A stretch of 64,000 nt of DNA from the human T2T-CHM13v2.0 reference genome, Homo sapiens (GCF_009914755.1 NC_060931.1), one strand, 5' to 3'. Shown: positions 42,799 to 59,692, counted from the first letter of the stretch. Numbers and translations are program-made. The notes: generated by a model not told the origin, from the sequence alone.

Positions 42799-43228
42799 GG
42801 TCAGGCATGCTGGCTTGCATCTGCAGTCCCAGCTACTTGGGAGGTTGAGGCAGGAGGATGACTTGAGGCCAGGAGCTTGAGACCAGCCTAAGCACTATAG
42901 TAAGGTTCCCTCTCTTAAAAAAAAAAAAAAGCCGGGCACAGTAGCTCACCCCTCTAATCCCAGCACTTTGGGAGGCCAAGGTGGGCAGATCACTTGAGGT
43001 CAGGAGTTCGAGACTAGCCTGGCCAACATGGTGAAACCCCGTCTCTACTAAAAATACAAAAATTAGCTGAGCATGGTTGCAGGTGCCTGTAATCCCAGCT
43101 GCTTGGGAGGTTGATGCAGGAAAATTGCTTGAACCCAGGAGGTGGAGGTTGCAGTGAGCCAACTTATGCCACTGCACTCCAGCCTGGGTGACAGAGCCAG
43201 ACTCCATCTCAAAAAAAAAAAAAAAAAA
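42799..43228 (+). mobile_element. FLAM-like monomer (42799-42930) followed directly by AluSx (42931-43228)
   Basis: Second Alu begins in the A-tail of the first. Confidence 0.88.
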
Positions 43229-43413
43229 GTTCAGAAACTCCAAGGCTAAGTACTTTGGTATTATACATTACTAGCAAAAAACATGGTTTGAAAATTGAGG
43301 TGCAATATTATCACTATCTAACAATCTAACACAGATGCATAGAAAGATATTAGCAGAAAATACACTAATATTTTAAAAAGTGGAAAAATTCTGTTCTAAT
43401 TTTTCTTTTTCCT

Positions 43414-43461
43414 TTCCTTCCTTCCTTCCTTCCTTCCTTCCTTCCTTCCTTCCTTCCTTCC
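43414..43461 (+). repeat. (TTCC)12 microsatellite in an Alu tail
   Basis: Directly visible. Confidence 0.92.
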
Positions 43462-43477
43462 TTCTTTCTTTCTTTCT

Positions 43478-43832
<355 letters not shown>

Positions 43833-46624
43833 TAATATAAAAAATACCAGAAACACTGAGAAAATAAAAAGAAATAAAACCCTAGAAGTTACTAGGAAGA
43901 AAAAAAAAAAGTGAATGGCACGGAAGATGAGCAAGCAGATAGTGAAATGCCTGAAGTGGACATGGTGAGGGAGGGAGGAAACTATGATACTGGGTGAAGC
44001 ACAGAGTGAATCTTGTGAAATGGTGATGTGAAAAGCAGCCTCCTTTAGTGATGTCCTATTCTTGCTCTATCACATTTTAGTGCTTCATGGGCCATAAGGA
44101 GGCTTGGAGGCAAGGAAGTTACCAGCATTGTTGGATACCACGTTTTGCCTGTCTGAAGGCCTCGTCCCTTACATGTCCGTATAGACATGTTTCTCTGTCT
44201 TTTGAGGTTGGGTGGATTAAGTAGGCCAGATGGTGTGTCAAAGGTGGCAACAAGGCTGTAGTAGCACTGGACACTCAGGAATGCCAGGAACACAGTCCCC
44301 CAGATTTAACAGTTTCTGAGAATAAAGCACAGTTCCTGGACAATGAAAGATTTCTTTGAAGCAAAATTTCTGGTAAGGAGATGGACATTCACAAAGATCA
44401 GAATTCATAGCACATTTCAATATCTGCAGACCTACAGATCTATGCAAGGCTCTCCCTGGGAATGGAAAGAACTCACTGACAGTTCCTTATTTTCGAGAAC
44501 ATGGGTGGCAGCAGGGGTGCCCTGGGTGCCTTGCAGAGCAGTGTGGCTCACTCTACACAGACACAAAGCCTCTGAGTTTCAGCTCCCACTTCCCTTGTAG
44601 GTAACCAGAACTTGCATCCTCACCTTTAGAGAGTCAGCAGCAATGGTGAACTCCTCAAGTGAGGAGAGAAAGGATAGCTCAAATCCAGAAGCCTGCTCTT
44701 TGGTGAAAAATGATGTCTTTGATGAGTGAGGCTGCAGATCTAACTTTACTTGAAACTGCCTAAAAAATATATATATACATTTTTTTTTGCTATTAAAAAA
44801 ACCATAGAAAACCCAAGAGAGTCCTTTCAAACTTCAGAAATAGGATGTACAGAGGAGGAGGACTGTGAGAGAGAGTTCGAATATGAACAAAGCAGGGGGC
44901 AATTTTTATATGTTACTTAGGCATATAACCTTCTGCAGTGAATTTCTTTAGAGTTGATATTTCTTTTTTATTGTTTCCCACACTGCTTCAGATATTTTCA
45001 GACAGATTTTTTTGGTTTTGGTTTTTTAGCTACACTGAGCTCGTCCTTAATGTGGGAGCTGCCATCCCAGAATCTTTTCTCAATATATTTTGGATGAACT
45101 GCTGCTTGAGTTTCCCTGAGTGAGTGATTAAAGTGACTGTTCCTATTTGTTTTCTGCAAACACAACAAACTATAATTCGTTCTAAGGAGAGCTCAAAGGC
45201 AGGAAGCCATTTGTCTGCTGACAACCTTTTCTCAGAACAACCTGTGATGCCTCTTCTAGCTGGGGCTGGACATCCATCCTGGCTCCCAACTGGTGTCCTT
45301 GAGGTGGGGCCTATGGGGCTGGACTTAAAGCATAGTTCTCTTGATTAGAAGCTGCCGTCTGTCCTGCTGGGCCTCTGGAGTCTGCCTTTAGTAGTGCTGT
45401 GTCACAGGAATAGTCCCAGACTGAGACACAGAACCTGGAATTTAGCCAGTGACAAGCCGTGCTAGCTTTCAAAGGTCGCTGTGTGGGCCTCGGTGTCTTC
45501 CTTAGTTAAATGGGTGCACTGGATGCTATAATCTCTAGGTTTCACTCTGACACTAAGAATTTGTGATTTTTTCTTCTGATTCCTGGTCCAAGGGTTCCTT
45601 CTCTCCTGGAGATGGAGACACCATGACCACTCTCATGGATCTTTTCTTCTTGGAAGAAGGGGTGAATATAGAGAATGACAAAGAAAAAGTGAGATGACAG
45701 TGATCAGTGTTATGAAGAACATGGCTTGGGTAGGGCTGGTTCCTTGTATTGAGTGGTCAAGAATCAAGAAGGTGAATCTGCAGTCCCATCTGTTCAAGGT
45801 GCAGCAGAAAGAAGTGAAGCCAGGGATGGAGCGGGGAGCAAGGAGGAATGAGCGGCCACATCAGAGGGACCAGGCCTGCGAACTTGAGCAGGGTGAGGCA
45901 TCCAGGGCTCCTGGTTCCTGGCACGGCATCCTCCTAGTCCTCTAACCAGGGAGTTTCCTGCTCTGCCCTTGATATGAATGAATGAAGGCAGTCACCGGCA
46001 GCATTGATTCTCTGTCAATAATTCTCCCCCTCCTCCCTCATCCCCAAGGCTCAGCTCAGACGCAATTTCTTTCTCTCTTTTTTTGCACAATGGCTTTACT
46101 GAAATATAATTCACCAACTATAAAAGTCATTCTTTTTTCAAAGGACAACTTTATGGTTGGTGAACCACAATTCAGTGGTTTTTAGTGTAGTCACAGAGTG
46201 ATAGACAAAATTTCTTCTTTTTGTAGGTGGAAGAAGGAACAAATTATAAATTGTGTGATTTCAGATGTCTGGACTTTTCATTCTTTTATTTTAAAATATG
46301 TCTATTTACCATGTTTGCTTTGTTTTTTTTTTTCCTTCCTGCCTCTGTTACTGCTATTACTGTGTTCCATTTTTCCTTCTCATAATTTGCAAGCCATACA
46401 TGCAACTTTGGTTCACTAATTGATTGCTCTTAAGTTTTCATCAAGAAGTTATATTCATTTTTATTTCTCTACACTTAAACAGTACCTTTAACCTCCTCCC
46501 CACCAAAAAATACTGAGATATTCACATACAATTTCTCTCTTTTATTTCCCTCACTGCCACCATGTGGAAACCAATGGGTGTTTTAATTTGGTATGAACAT
46601 GAGCATTTTAGGTTTAAAATGTGT

Positions 46625-47590
46625 TTCACTGCATTTTGACTGTAGGAAGTGAGATCAAAGGACAGAGAGCGGGGAGGAGGGATCACATCCTGTAAGGCCT
46701 TTCAGACCATTTCCAAATCTTGATTTGATTCTGAGAAAGGTGAGAAGCCATTGGAGGATTGAGATAAGAAGAATGACATCTTCTAATTTACATTCTGAAA
46801 GATTACTCTGGTTGCTGAGTTGGGAATAGGGGAGTTAGGAGTAAAAAATGGGAGAATTCATGGGCTTGCTGTAATAATCCCATTAAGAGTTAATGTGGCT
46901 GAATCCCAGTTGTTGCAATTTAGGCAATGAAGAGTTGACCAACTCTATGTTTATTTTATGTAATTTTTCATAATTTTTAAATTTAGAAATAATTTTACAC
47001 AAAACATTTACAATGTTAGAAGAATGATAAAGAGCTCCAATATAACCTTCACCCAGATTCCCCAATTGTAATCTTTTCCACATTGGTTTTTCTCTTTTTG
47101 TATATCCATATTGTAATTTTTTGGATTGATTTGATAATAAATAGAAAGCATGCTGCCTTTATCCTTATAGTATGTGGTGTATATTATATAAGAACAGGAT
47201 ATTCTCTTATACAACCACATACAATGGTCAAGATCAGGAAAATAACATTGATACAATTCTATTATTTAATCTGCAGACTGTGTTAATATTTGGCCAATTA
47301 TACCAGTAATATCCTTTATAGAAAAAATCTGGCCCATGGACTCTATGTGGACTAATATGAGAGACAGGGGATAGGAGTTGCTGAAGGAGTGGAGGTGAAT
47401 TATGGGAGAAAAAGAGGAATTAGGGATAATTGTAAGATTTTTCACGTATGCAAATAGAAAATGGAGTTCGTATTACTAGTTAAACTGCGAGGACTTTGCA
47501 AGGAAGAAGTTTTTGTGTATGTCTGGGGCACAGTTCAGCCTTGGATATACTAAGTTTGAGATGTTTATTATACATCGAAGTGGATATGCT
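46625..47590. mobile_element. L2 remnant interrupted by an L1M 3' fragment (~46960-47330, minus)
   Basis: gagaagccattggagg...gaaagattactctggttgctg (L2); caatggtcaagatcaggaaaataacattgatacaat (L1M). Confidence 0.55.
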
Positions 47591-50400
47591 AATTTGTTCT
47601 TTGTGATTTGAAATAACATCTTTATGTGTCTAAATCTGAGTCTTTTCTAGTAGTTTAGCTCAGTGCTGGGTGGGACCTTTCAACATAAACATTTTATCTT
47701 TTCTATGTGTAGAAAATGTCCTTTAATTATTTATCTGAGCATTTCATTCTCTTTTGCTGTCTCCAGATGATGTTGGAACTTCTATTAATAGTTTTGTTCT
47801 TGGGGTTTTTTAGCTTTTCTTTTAAATCTTCCATCTCTTGACCTTTTTTGCTTCTATCTGTGGGAGTATTCTCAACCTTCTTACAAGCTCATTGATTGTG
47901 TGGTTTGGTACATTTTAATTAAAATAACAACTCTGAGTCTTATTTCACACCATTCTCTTCTCTCTGAGGACATTTTAAAGTTACTTTTTTCCACTTTGCC
48001 CTCTTAGCAAACCAACCCATCTGTTAGTTCTTTTGTCTGGGAAATTTGGTATCCATCTAATGTGTCATTAGCTCTCCTAAAATATCCAGTGACTGTTCTT
48101 TGTCTTTTTACTGTTGAATGTGGATGAAGTTACCTGAAGCATGTACTTTTCTTTTCCAAGCCCAGACTCTTCAATTTTTGTTTAATTTGGGGGCAAGCTC
48201 TCCTAGGTGGGTGTCATCTTGCTCCAATCCTTATAATATTTAAACTTGAATAACCCTTTGCCAACTATCCAATCTGTTGCCAAAACAAGCTTTCAAAATT
48301 GAAATATTAAGATGTCATTTAGTATTCTAAAATTCCCTGCATCCCTCATAATTTTCAGAATAAAATTGAAAATCCTTAGAGTGGCAACATGCCGTAAATA
48401 TGGGAATCCTCATGTACAGATTCTCACCCACGTTCTCCTAATATGTCAAATGTTCCAGGTACATCAAACTATTGGTAATTCCCCGAATGTGCATCCAAGC
48501 CTTTGCCCAGAATCTTCTCTTTCCCTGGAGTGCTTTATTTCCTCCTCTCTACATCTAGAACTTCAATGCACCCTTCAAGATCCAGTAACTGCTACATATC
48601 TGTACCCAAGCATCTTTTACTTTATTTTGATGCCTTCATCCTCAAGTACCTCTTAAATAATTACTGCTCTTTCTGAATTCTTGCAGCATTTTTCACGTAC
48701 CCATAGGTGTTTCTGTAAATAATTGATGTGCCTCTTTCTCTCCTACCAAACAGAAGGAGATTTAAAAGCGGTGATGTGTTTTATTCATTTCAGAATCTTT
48801 GCTACCTACTGTACAGTAGACAGTTAGAGTGATATCACTTGTTTAATAAATTAAGTGAGAAATCCCAAAGTAGGTTATACTTGTTTGTCTGTTTTAAAAT
48901 GGTGCAGGGAGGGGTTCTGGTGACTAAGGTCTACACGCTAATGAGCATTTGGATTATTTAATGTTATTTTTCAGGGTTCTATAAATTGTGTAGGACTCTC
49001 ATTTTGTAGGCTGGTCTCTGATGTTGGCTCTACCATAGGTTTCTTATAAAACAGCCACAGAAACCACTTCCATATCTCACTTTTGACATTGATGTAGTCC
49101 TCAGGCCATGGACAATGACCACTGAGACCCAAGCAAGGTTGTGGGCAAGGCTTTGGGAAGGGGGTTGATAAGATACAAGGGAATAGCCACCAGCCAGGCC
49201 TCAGGAAGACCTGAGGAGCTCTCTTGTGTGTGGGATGAGATCAGACCAGAATCACAAGAGAATCATGCAGGCAGGATGGGAGAATCCTGGTGCACCAGGA
49301 TAGGGCAGAGGCTTGTTTAGAGCTACAAATACCAGCAAGGCCTGGCCTGGTATGTCAGGTCAGCTAATATGTCAGTTCCCACAGCTCCCATAGACAATGG
49401 GATGCCAGGGAAAGTTTTTAAAAAGAGAAGTGAAATCATTGATGATGCAATTTGGACTTCATTCTAGTTGTTTAGCTGTACATTTGGGGCCTAGAGAAAC
49501 AAGAAGCAAGCTGGAGGTATGAAAGAGAACATTCCAAGAATGACAGGTAAGTCTGAGTCACAGCTCGAGGCTGAAGGAAGGGGGTTAGAGAGGAGGTGTC
49601 CCTTGAAATAGAAGCTGAGGCCAGCTTGCAAAGGGCTTACATGTCATGGTAGGAACTCAGAGTTTTTTCTTTTCTCTAACAGTAACCAAAGAAGGATTTT
49701 AAGCAGAGACATGACAGAGGGCAGGGGAAAATCAGAGTTTGAGGCCAGGCTTCATGATGACCTTCCAAGGTCAATCACAGAGGTAAAGAGGGGATCCTCA
49801 TGTGGAACAAGGAGGTCCACAGCCAGCCAGAGAGGCAGCCCTGTCCCCTGAGAGAGCTGGCTCTGGGTTTGCAGTTTATTTCTGGGATCCTGATGTCAGT
49901 TGTTGGTCTAGATCCAAATGTGGCCATATCCAAAAAATGTTTAATCCAGTCAGGGCACTTTTTCACCATTATTTCACCCATTCAGTTAACAACTCATGAC
50001 CACTATTTAAAAATTATATGCTAGTTTTGAAAGAAATTCAAAGTTAAAAACAAGTCCACAAATGACTAAAATAATTAAAACAGAGAATAAGACAACAAAG
50101 GAAGGACTGAAAGGCACCTGTAAAGCTTTTTGAGAAAGGAGCTGAGAATGTCCCGGGGGCCTGAAGGGCTTGAAAGAAAATGCAGTCTGTGTTTACACCT
50201 CAAAGATGTGCAAGACTGTGTGAGTGGGGGTAATATTTTGGGAAGAGAAAGCGCAATGAAGATATATAGGTGAAATATCTAAGTAGCATCAACAAATAAC
50301 TGTTGTTAATGTTGTTTAAAAAACAATTCCCTGGCTTCTTGTATTTGGAATGGATTGTCTCCGTGGAAGCAGAAACTACCTCTCTCTTACCTTCTTTCAG

Positions 50401-50523
50401 GTTTTCCTGGGATCAGCTGCACTCCTTAGCAAAAGTATATTGGAGAATCAACTGAGAAAGTAACTGAGACATTTCAATCATTTCTAGGTGTAAAGAAAGA
50501 CCAGATCCCAGGAAAATATTACG
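50401..50523 (+). other. GPR141: Candidate internal 5' UTR exon (123 nt, no ATG)
   Basis: ctctctcttaccttctttcAG acceptor and ACG|GTCAGT donor flanking unique purine-rich sequence. Confidence 0.6.
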
Positions 50524-51914
50524 GTCAGTTCAATGCCTAAGTATAACACCAGCATCACTGGCTGGGACCCTCAGAACCTACTCTCCTATTTTCCCTTCAT
50601 CTTCTTCTCTTCTTTCTTTTTCTTATTCCTTTTCTTTGTTTCCCCCCTTCTTTCTCTTCTCTCTTTTCCTCCCTCACTTTCTTGATCTCTCGCTCTCTTT
50701 CATGAATTCACTGAATCATTGCAGAAGTACTTGACACATACCATGTTCCAAATTCTGAGCTACGGCACATGCTATATTTTTCTACAAAATAAAGTGTGAG
50801 GTGGATCTCTAAATAATAATAACAAGTGTATCTCAAACAGTCTATCCTGGGCACCTTGTAAGCTTCAGTTGTTTTCTCTTCAAAGTGCCTGTGTCCCAAA
50901 GCTCAGGACAAATTTCAAAACCTGAACCTGAATATTAAGAAATCTAAACATATATCATCTAAAGCTGGCATCCAGGAAAACAGAGTTTTTCGTTTGATCA
51001 GAGACTGCATATTTCTTACCTGCAAGTGTTTGTTTTAACCACACTTGGCAGGTTCTGTATATAACACGCGTCAAAGCCATCAGTTGCACTTGTTTTTGTG
51101 ACTGCAGGTGCTGGCTTGCTTGTTCCAGGGTCCCAGGGCCCGGCCATGGCCATGGTGTTTGTCTCTCAGGCTTGTCTGTCTCATACCTGGCAGGCTCACT
51201 GCTTCACAGCTCACTGTGTCTCTCAGACATTCTCTTGGCTTTCCCACAGTCTCAGGGACTGTTCTAAATAGCAAGCTAATATTCTGAAGTGAGGTATTGG
51301 AAGCATTTCTGAGAAGCATTTATTATTTTTGTATGTGCTCAATTTTTTAGCAATGAAGACATTTCCTTTCAAGGTTGTTAAGCTTTGAACTTTCCATTTT
51401 GTGAAAAGGCTCGAAATTTCCTTCATTCTTTGTGGGCATCCAACTCTAACAGACACATAAATTAATAGACTAGGAAATATTTAACGGTCTAAGTTCAAAC
51501 AAATATGTTTACTTTGGCTGAATTGATGTTGCTATTAATTGCTATTGAAATAAACCACTGTACAAAGAAATATGCCCTGGAGGATAAATGTGACACTGCT
51601 AAAATTAAAACTCAAATGAGAATTATCTGCAGATTTTAATGTTTCAAATTCAATTTGGAGAATTCAGTTCTTTAATGTAATACTGATAAAATCATGTTAT
51701 TGATCCTGCATACTCATCTCTTCTCAGGGATTAGAGACAGGCTGTTACGAGTATGTAGCAATCCCCCTTGTACCTGCATAGGTGGGGAGGTGATTGTCCA
51801 GCTCTGCTGGTCGGGCACTGGATGTAGTCATGGCTGCAAGCAAGTCATGCACGTGGAGAACGAGGTGTCTCTCTGAAAGAAATGTAGAGAGAAAATTTTA
51901 GGTCAACTAATTAA

Positions 51915-52216
<302 letters not shown>

Positions 52217-52499
52217 GCAAAGGAATACTTCTTATACAGATATATAATTTTTTTGTCCCATTAGGAAAAAATTGTGCCCCAATCGCTTTCTGTCCTTTCT
52301 TACTAAATGTGAATCTTGAAATGTTTATTGCTTCATGGTGTTCCTCCATTTGGCCCCATCCTAGTTCTTGCTTTGCTTTTAGATGCTGGGGAGCCATCTT
52401 GGGAGTAGGGTGCCCATTACATGAGATGAAGTGGTCTTCAAGGGGACAATAAGGGAGTAAGTGCCTTGTAGAAAGAAGCAAAGTAAAGAGGAAGAGAGG

Positions 52500-52520
52500 T
52501 TTCTTTGTTTGTTTTTTTTA

Positions 52521-52553
<33 letters not shown>

Positions 52554-52592
52554 TATTATACTTTAAGTTCTAGGGTACATGTGCACAACGTG
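52500..52592 (-). mobile_element. Very short L1PA 3' stub with T-rich tail
   Basis: ttattatactttaagttctagggtacatgtgcacaacgtg. Confidence 0.85.
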
Positions 52593-52633
52593 AAGGAAGA
52601 ACTTTCTAACTTCTCCTTTTCTTTCTCTCTCTC

Positions 52634-52718
52634 TTTTTTTTTTTTTTTTTTGAGATGGAGTCTCACTCTGTCACCCAGGCTGGAGTGCAGTGGCGTGATC
52701 TCGGCTCACTGCAACCTC
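52634..52718 (-). mobile_element. 5'-truncated Alu stub
   Basis: Poly-T plus the right-arm 3' end; TSD ctctcttttt. Confidence 0.85.
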
Positions 52719-52729
52719 TCTTTTTGTTA

Positions 52730-52809
52730 TTAGGTTGTTGCAAAAGTAATTGCGGTTTTTGTCATTGCTTTGAATGGCAAAAACCGCAATTACTTTTGCA
52801 ACAACCTAT
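52730..52809. mobile_element. MADE1 (Hsmar1-derived 80-bp MITE)
   Basis: 36-bp inverted arms with 6-nt spacer, TA flanks. Confidence 0.95.
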
Positions 52810-53878
52810 TACCTAGGCTAGAGTCAGAGCCCCCTCACCTTGAGAGTGATGAGTTGCGAGAGTCTGCCCCCAGCAGGCAGATTGAGAGAGTGCATGGTTT
52901 AGCAGAAGGATAATTTTAGCTGTAGTCCATGGGACAGAATGGAGATGTTGCAATTTGATGCAGATCATCTGAAAGTCTTGTGCAATGTCCTGATTAAGTG
53001 TGGACAGAGCACCATAAAAAAGGAATTTGGAAGTTGGAAACATGCTGAGTTCAGGCAGACATAAAAGGCAGCATCTGGAAAACCTATCAGGACTCAATTT
53101 CAGGACAAGTGATCATAGGTAGGTGGGATCATGGAACTTGACCTCAAGGTTACACTATAGGAACAATAAATAGGTTATGAAGATAATGAGCAGATAAACA
53201 GCACCACCAAGGAGTCTCAGTAATAGATATGTAACAAAGGAGCAGAGCAGGACTCTTTATAAGAGCTAGATGGTCGTAAGGAGAGGATTGGCACAGCAGT
53301 GGTTCATGCAGAATCTCCTGAGACGCAGATAAAACTTAGTTCTGATTGGGAGAAGGTTATTACAAAGCTTGAGGTGGAGATGTAGTCACAGGAAAGTAGC
53401 AAGAATATATGGGGGAGCTGAGACATGAAGAGGCATTTCCTAGAAGGGAAAATTAGGCTTTAAAGTCAGGCAGATGGGTTTGCCTGGGAAACAATCAAGA
53501 GCGCTGAGTCTGAGCCAGGGAGCTGGTGGGGAGTGAGCCAAAGTGTGTCAGGTAAGGCAGAGAACCAAAACCAGATATCAGGTGACAAGTCAAGAATGAG
53601 TAACATAGAGTACATGAATAGGTCTGGGCGGGGCTGAGAAGATATGGACTTGGCTCTATGTGCTTGGCTAGCTGAATGTTTTGCAGCTATATCTACAGGT
53701 GCTTTTATTATCATACAGCCTGGCAAGGAATGTTATTATAAACAGCTTGGGTCCTAGGTTTTGGGATGGGAAGAAGCCCCAGCTCCTGGGAATAACTGTG
53801 ATGTCACCATAACACATGGTGACTTGTCCCAGCAAATGGAGCAGGGACGTGGATGAGGAAAACCACAGATAAGTATTA

Positions 53879-54310
<432 letters not shown>

Positions 54311-54379
54311 TTAAAATATTCCTAGAAGATTTTTTCCACTTCATACGTTGGATATTTATCTCATAAATTAATCAATATT

Positions 54380-54660
54380 GGCCGAGTATCGTGCCCCATG
54401 CCTGTAATCCCAACATTTTGGGAGATCAAGGCAGGTGGATTTCTTGAGCTGAGGAGTTTGAGACCAGCCTGGGCAACATGGTGAAACCCTGTCTCCACAA
54501 AAAATACAAAAGTTAGGCCAGGCGTGGTGGTGCACACCTGTAGTCCTAGCTACTGGGAAGGCTGAGGTGGGAGGATCACTTGAGCACAGGAGATCAAGGC
54601 TGCAGTGAACCATGATGATGCCACTGCACTCCAGCCTGGGCAACAGAACAAGACTGTCCC
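54380..54660 (+). mobile_element. AluJ
   Basis: Dimer; TSD aattaatcaatatt. Confidence 0.88.
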
Positions 54661-56099
54661 AACTCATTAATTACTCAATTAATCAATATTAATTATTATG
54701 TTGTATATTGTTTTAATTTTGCATAAATTATCTAATTTGTCTCATAACGACTATATGAGGTAGGTAGGGCTTATCCACATTTTAGGTGAGAGAAATAAGC
54801 CTCAGAGAGGTTAAGTAGTTTGTTCACAGTAACACTGCAAACAGTAGTAGAAGCAAGAATTGAAGTAACGCATTGTTCTCTTAGCTACATGTTATGAATA
54901 TTTAATTACTCTTTCACTTCATATTTAGAGACTATCTTCTATGTGTTGGCTATTGCTATGGATAAAAGAGTGGAAAATAATAAAAACATGCACAGTCCTT
55001 GTCCTTGTGGAGCTTAGGAGCTTACAATCTAGGGGAAAGAGGGAAGATACCAGCAACCAGCACCCATTAACCCAAGTGATTATTTAATCACCCTTGTAGA
55101 GGTGATTCTTTTATCTTCAGAAGAGGAGAAAAGAGAAGGTCAGATAGATCTCATGTAGTGTAGGAGTTCTCTGACTTATCTTCTGAAAGAGATCTTACCA
55201 AGTAGATCTTACCTAGTATGGGAGTCAGAGAAAACTTCCCTAAAGAACTGATAGTAGACTTAAGACCTGAAGGATTAGTAGATGGATGGGGAGGGGAGAG
55301 AAGAGGTGTTGGTGCTAAGGCAAGAAAGAGCTTGAGGCATTGAGTGAAGATAAGGTGTTATGGAGTGTGGCTGCTGCCAGCAGGGATTAGATGATGCACT
55401 TTAAAATGTACAAATAACAGTACTATAACATATTTACATTATAATTGAAATTTATAAAAGTTAGGGAACTAATCTTTGTATGTTGGGGAGGAAGTTACCT
55501 TTCTCTTGTTAATTCAATTAATTTCAAGACTGTAAGAATGTATTGCACTACTGAAACATTAAAAATTGCGTTAGCTTCTGCATCTTCATGGGATGGAAGG
55601 TTGATCAACTGATTAGAGCTCCCACCAGGAATAATCCAAGAAATCAAATAAAGTAAAATACAGAAGTTATTTGCTTGAAGACAGTGGAGCACAGCTGAGG
55701 CAATTAGTGAAGAGGTCATGACTCCCAAGGAGAGAAAAGCTCAAAGCAACTTCTTTCACAACAGTAGCTTTTCCAATTCAGAGCTGAGAATCCAAATTCT
55801 TCACCAATGCATGAAGACATTTTGATGAATTCTGGGACTTGGGGGGATGGGAGACTAATATCCTAAGCCTTAAAACAGCTGAAAAATATAGCAAAGATGT
55901 CAGCAGTTTTATAAGACCAGGATTTGAAGTCAGGCCAGATTCATCAGAAAAAGTGGTCAGAGATAAGACTATTGACTGTAGCTAAAATTACAAAGGGGGC
56001 TAAGGAGACCCAGAAGTACACTAAGCCTTACTAGAACTGCAAACAAGGCTTGACTCAAAATAATGTTAGTATAGTGGCAGAAAGGATGACCCCTCTCAA

Positions 56100-57715
<1,616 letters not shown>

Positions 57716-57961
57716 ACTTTTATTATAATTCCTGTGTTTATAATGTCTTTCTTAAAACCCATGTAGCTGGATCCTGTTTCTTTGATACAGTATAACAACC
57801 TTTATTTTTTAATTGGACTGTTTACTCTATTTACATTTAATGTAAAATGTGATTGAAATTATGTGTAATATATCATGTTAGTATTTGAAATCCAGGATTC
57901 TATTACAGCAGTCCCAGAGGAACCAGATAAACATACTACTGTCTTGTCAAATGGTCTAATC

Positions 57962-58183
57962 CAAGGTTATACAACTTGCGGCCCATGGGCCACATACAGT
58001 CCAGGATGGCTTTGAATGTAGCCCAACACAAATTTGTAAACTGTCTTAAAACATTGTGAGATTTATTTTTAACTTTTTTTTTTTAGCTCATTAGTTATTG
58101 TTAGTGTATTTTCTATATGGCCCAAGAAAATTCTTCTTCTTCCCCAGTGTGGCCCAGGGAAGCCAAAAGATTAGACACCTCTG
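57962..58183 (-). mobile_element. MER30 hAT MITE, full length
   Basis: Recognisable consensus; perfect 8-bp TSD gtctaatc. Confidence 0.88.
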
Positions 58184-59139
58184 GTCTAATCTGTCTGCAC
58201 ATTGACATCCCTCATTTGGTTCACTTTTACCTCCAAGTTTTGCAATAGTGCAACAGACTAGCAGAAACTAAGGCACATACAAGCACTCTAGATGCAAAAA
58301 GTCTGTACAGAAAAGCAGTCCAGAAAGGGTTCGGGTGGATATTGCGTGAACTAACCTATGGGATTGACTATAAGCCTAGTAAAGGGAATGGGAAAGTAAG
58401 ATATCCAAAAAGAGAGAAAAGCACCTTTCAAGATATGTTGGCATACAGCCATGTGAGTAGAACCAAATTTCTTCATGGCCTCCTTTCCTTCTTGTATTAC
58501 AGTTTAGAAACTTGGACTTAGGAGATTCACAATGCTTCTCCATAATATATAATAATGAGTTTTCGGGAGTGTATGTGTGCTTTGGACACTTTGGTCAAAT
58601 GACTTATCCTGCTAGGACTCAGTTTTGTCATCTAAAATTCAGTATAATAATACATTACACAATTAACTGTTGTAAGGGTTAAATTAAATAAGACAAAGTA
58701 CAGGCAAGGATGTAGTGTAGTCCTGAAACATCCAAGATGTGTTTCTCATATCTGGCAACGATCATGGCAGTTTATAATAAGAAAGAGGACTTGGGACAAG
58801 TGATGTGCTACTTACTTTACTTTCATCAATTAGGAGTCAATCCTACTAGGCCAATAGCCAAAGGAAATGGTGAGCAGAACCTATAGTGGCACATTCATTC
58901 TTGACTCACATGTGAACACAATATAATTTCATGTCTCCTTGATAAAACTACTTTTCTACAAGGAAAAATAAAAGGCAAGTAGAGAGATTTCAGCCTACGG
59001 ATGAAATACACAGTGTAACATGAGACAGCTGTTGCAGAGCCAACAAAAAAATCATGTTCAGTTAAGTGAGTCACAATTCCTTAAAATTTTTTTCCATGCC
59101 CACAAATGCAAAAGGCTTTGTGAGGTTGGGTTATTATTA

Positions 59140-59692
59140 TCTTTTTTTTTTTAAGTTTCATTGAGGTATAAGTTATATGCAATAAAAATAACCAATTTTA
59201 AGTGTACAATTCAATGAGCTTTGATGAATAACTACAATGGTAACCAACATGATATAAAACAGAAACTAATCCTTTCCCCCACAACCCAGATCTTGAGCTA
59301 TCTGATTTGCTTTTTGTCACATTAGTTTTGCTTCTTCTAGAAAAAGATATCATACAATATATAATCTTGGTGGCTGGTACCTTTTATTTAGTAATGTTTC
59401 TCAACTTTTTGTGTTTGTTATGGTCCCTCTAATGAGTATTTTTCCCTAATTGTCTCTCCCCACTTAATGAAATTTTGATACCACAGATATATCTATATGT
59501 CTATGTACTGTGTATACACCTGTGCTTTATACAGAGTAAGATTTTTTTCACACCTCAAAATGTTTTGCCCCTCACAAGGTGCTATCACCCCATTGAGAAT
59601 ACATGATTTAGTGTAATGTGTTTGAGATTCATCAGTATTGTGTGTATCAGAAGTTGGTTCATTTTATTGCTGGGTAATATTCCATTATACAA
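59140..59692 (-). mobile_element. L1MB/ME 3' fragment split by a hAT MITE (~59391-59606)
   Basis: ttttaagtgtacaattcaatgag...ttgagattcatc; internal gtttctcaa...ttgagaata termini flanked by atttag repeats. Confidence 0.55.

Noticed and set aside
49541-49552. Perfect donor CAG|GTAAGT at 49546/49547
   Set aside because: No convincing upstream acceptor and it sits in L2-like sequence; such motifs occur by chance in 64 kb
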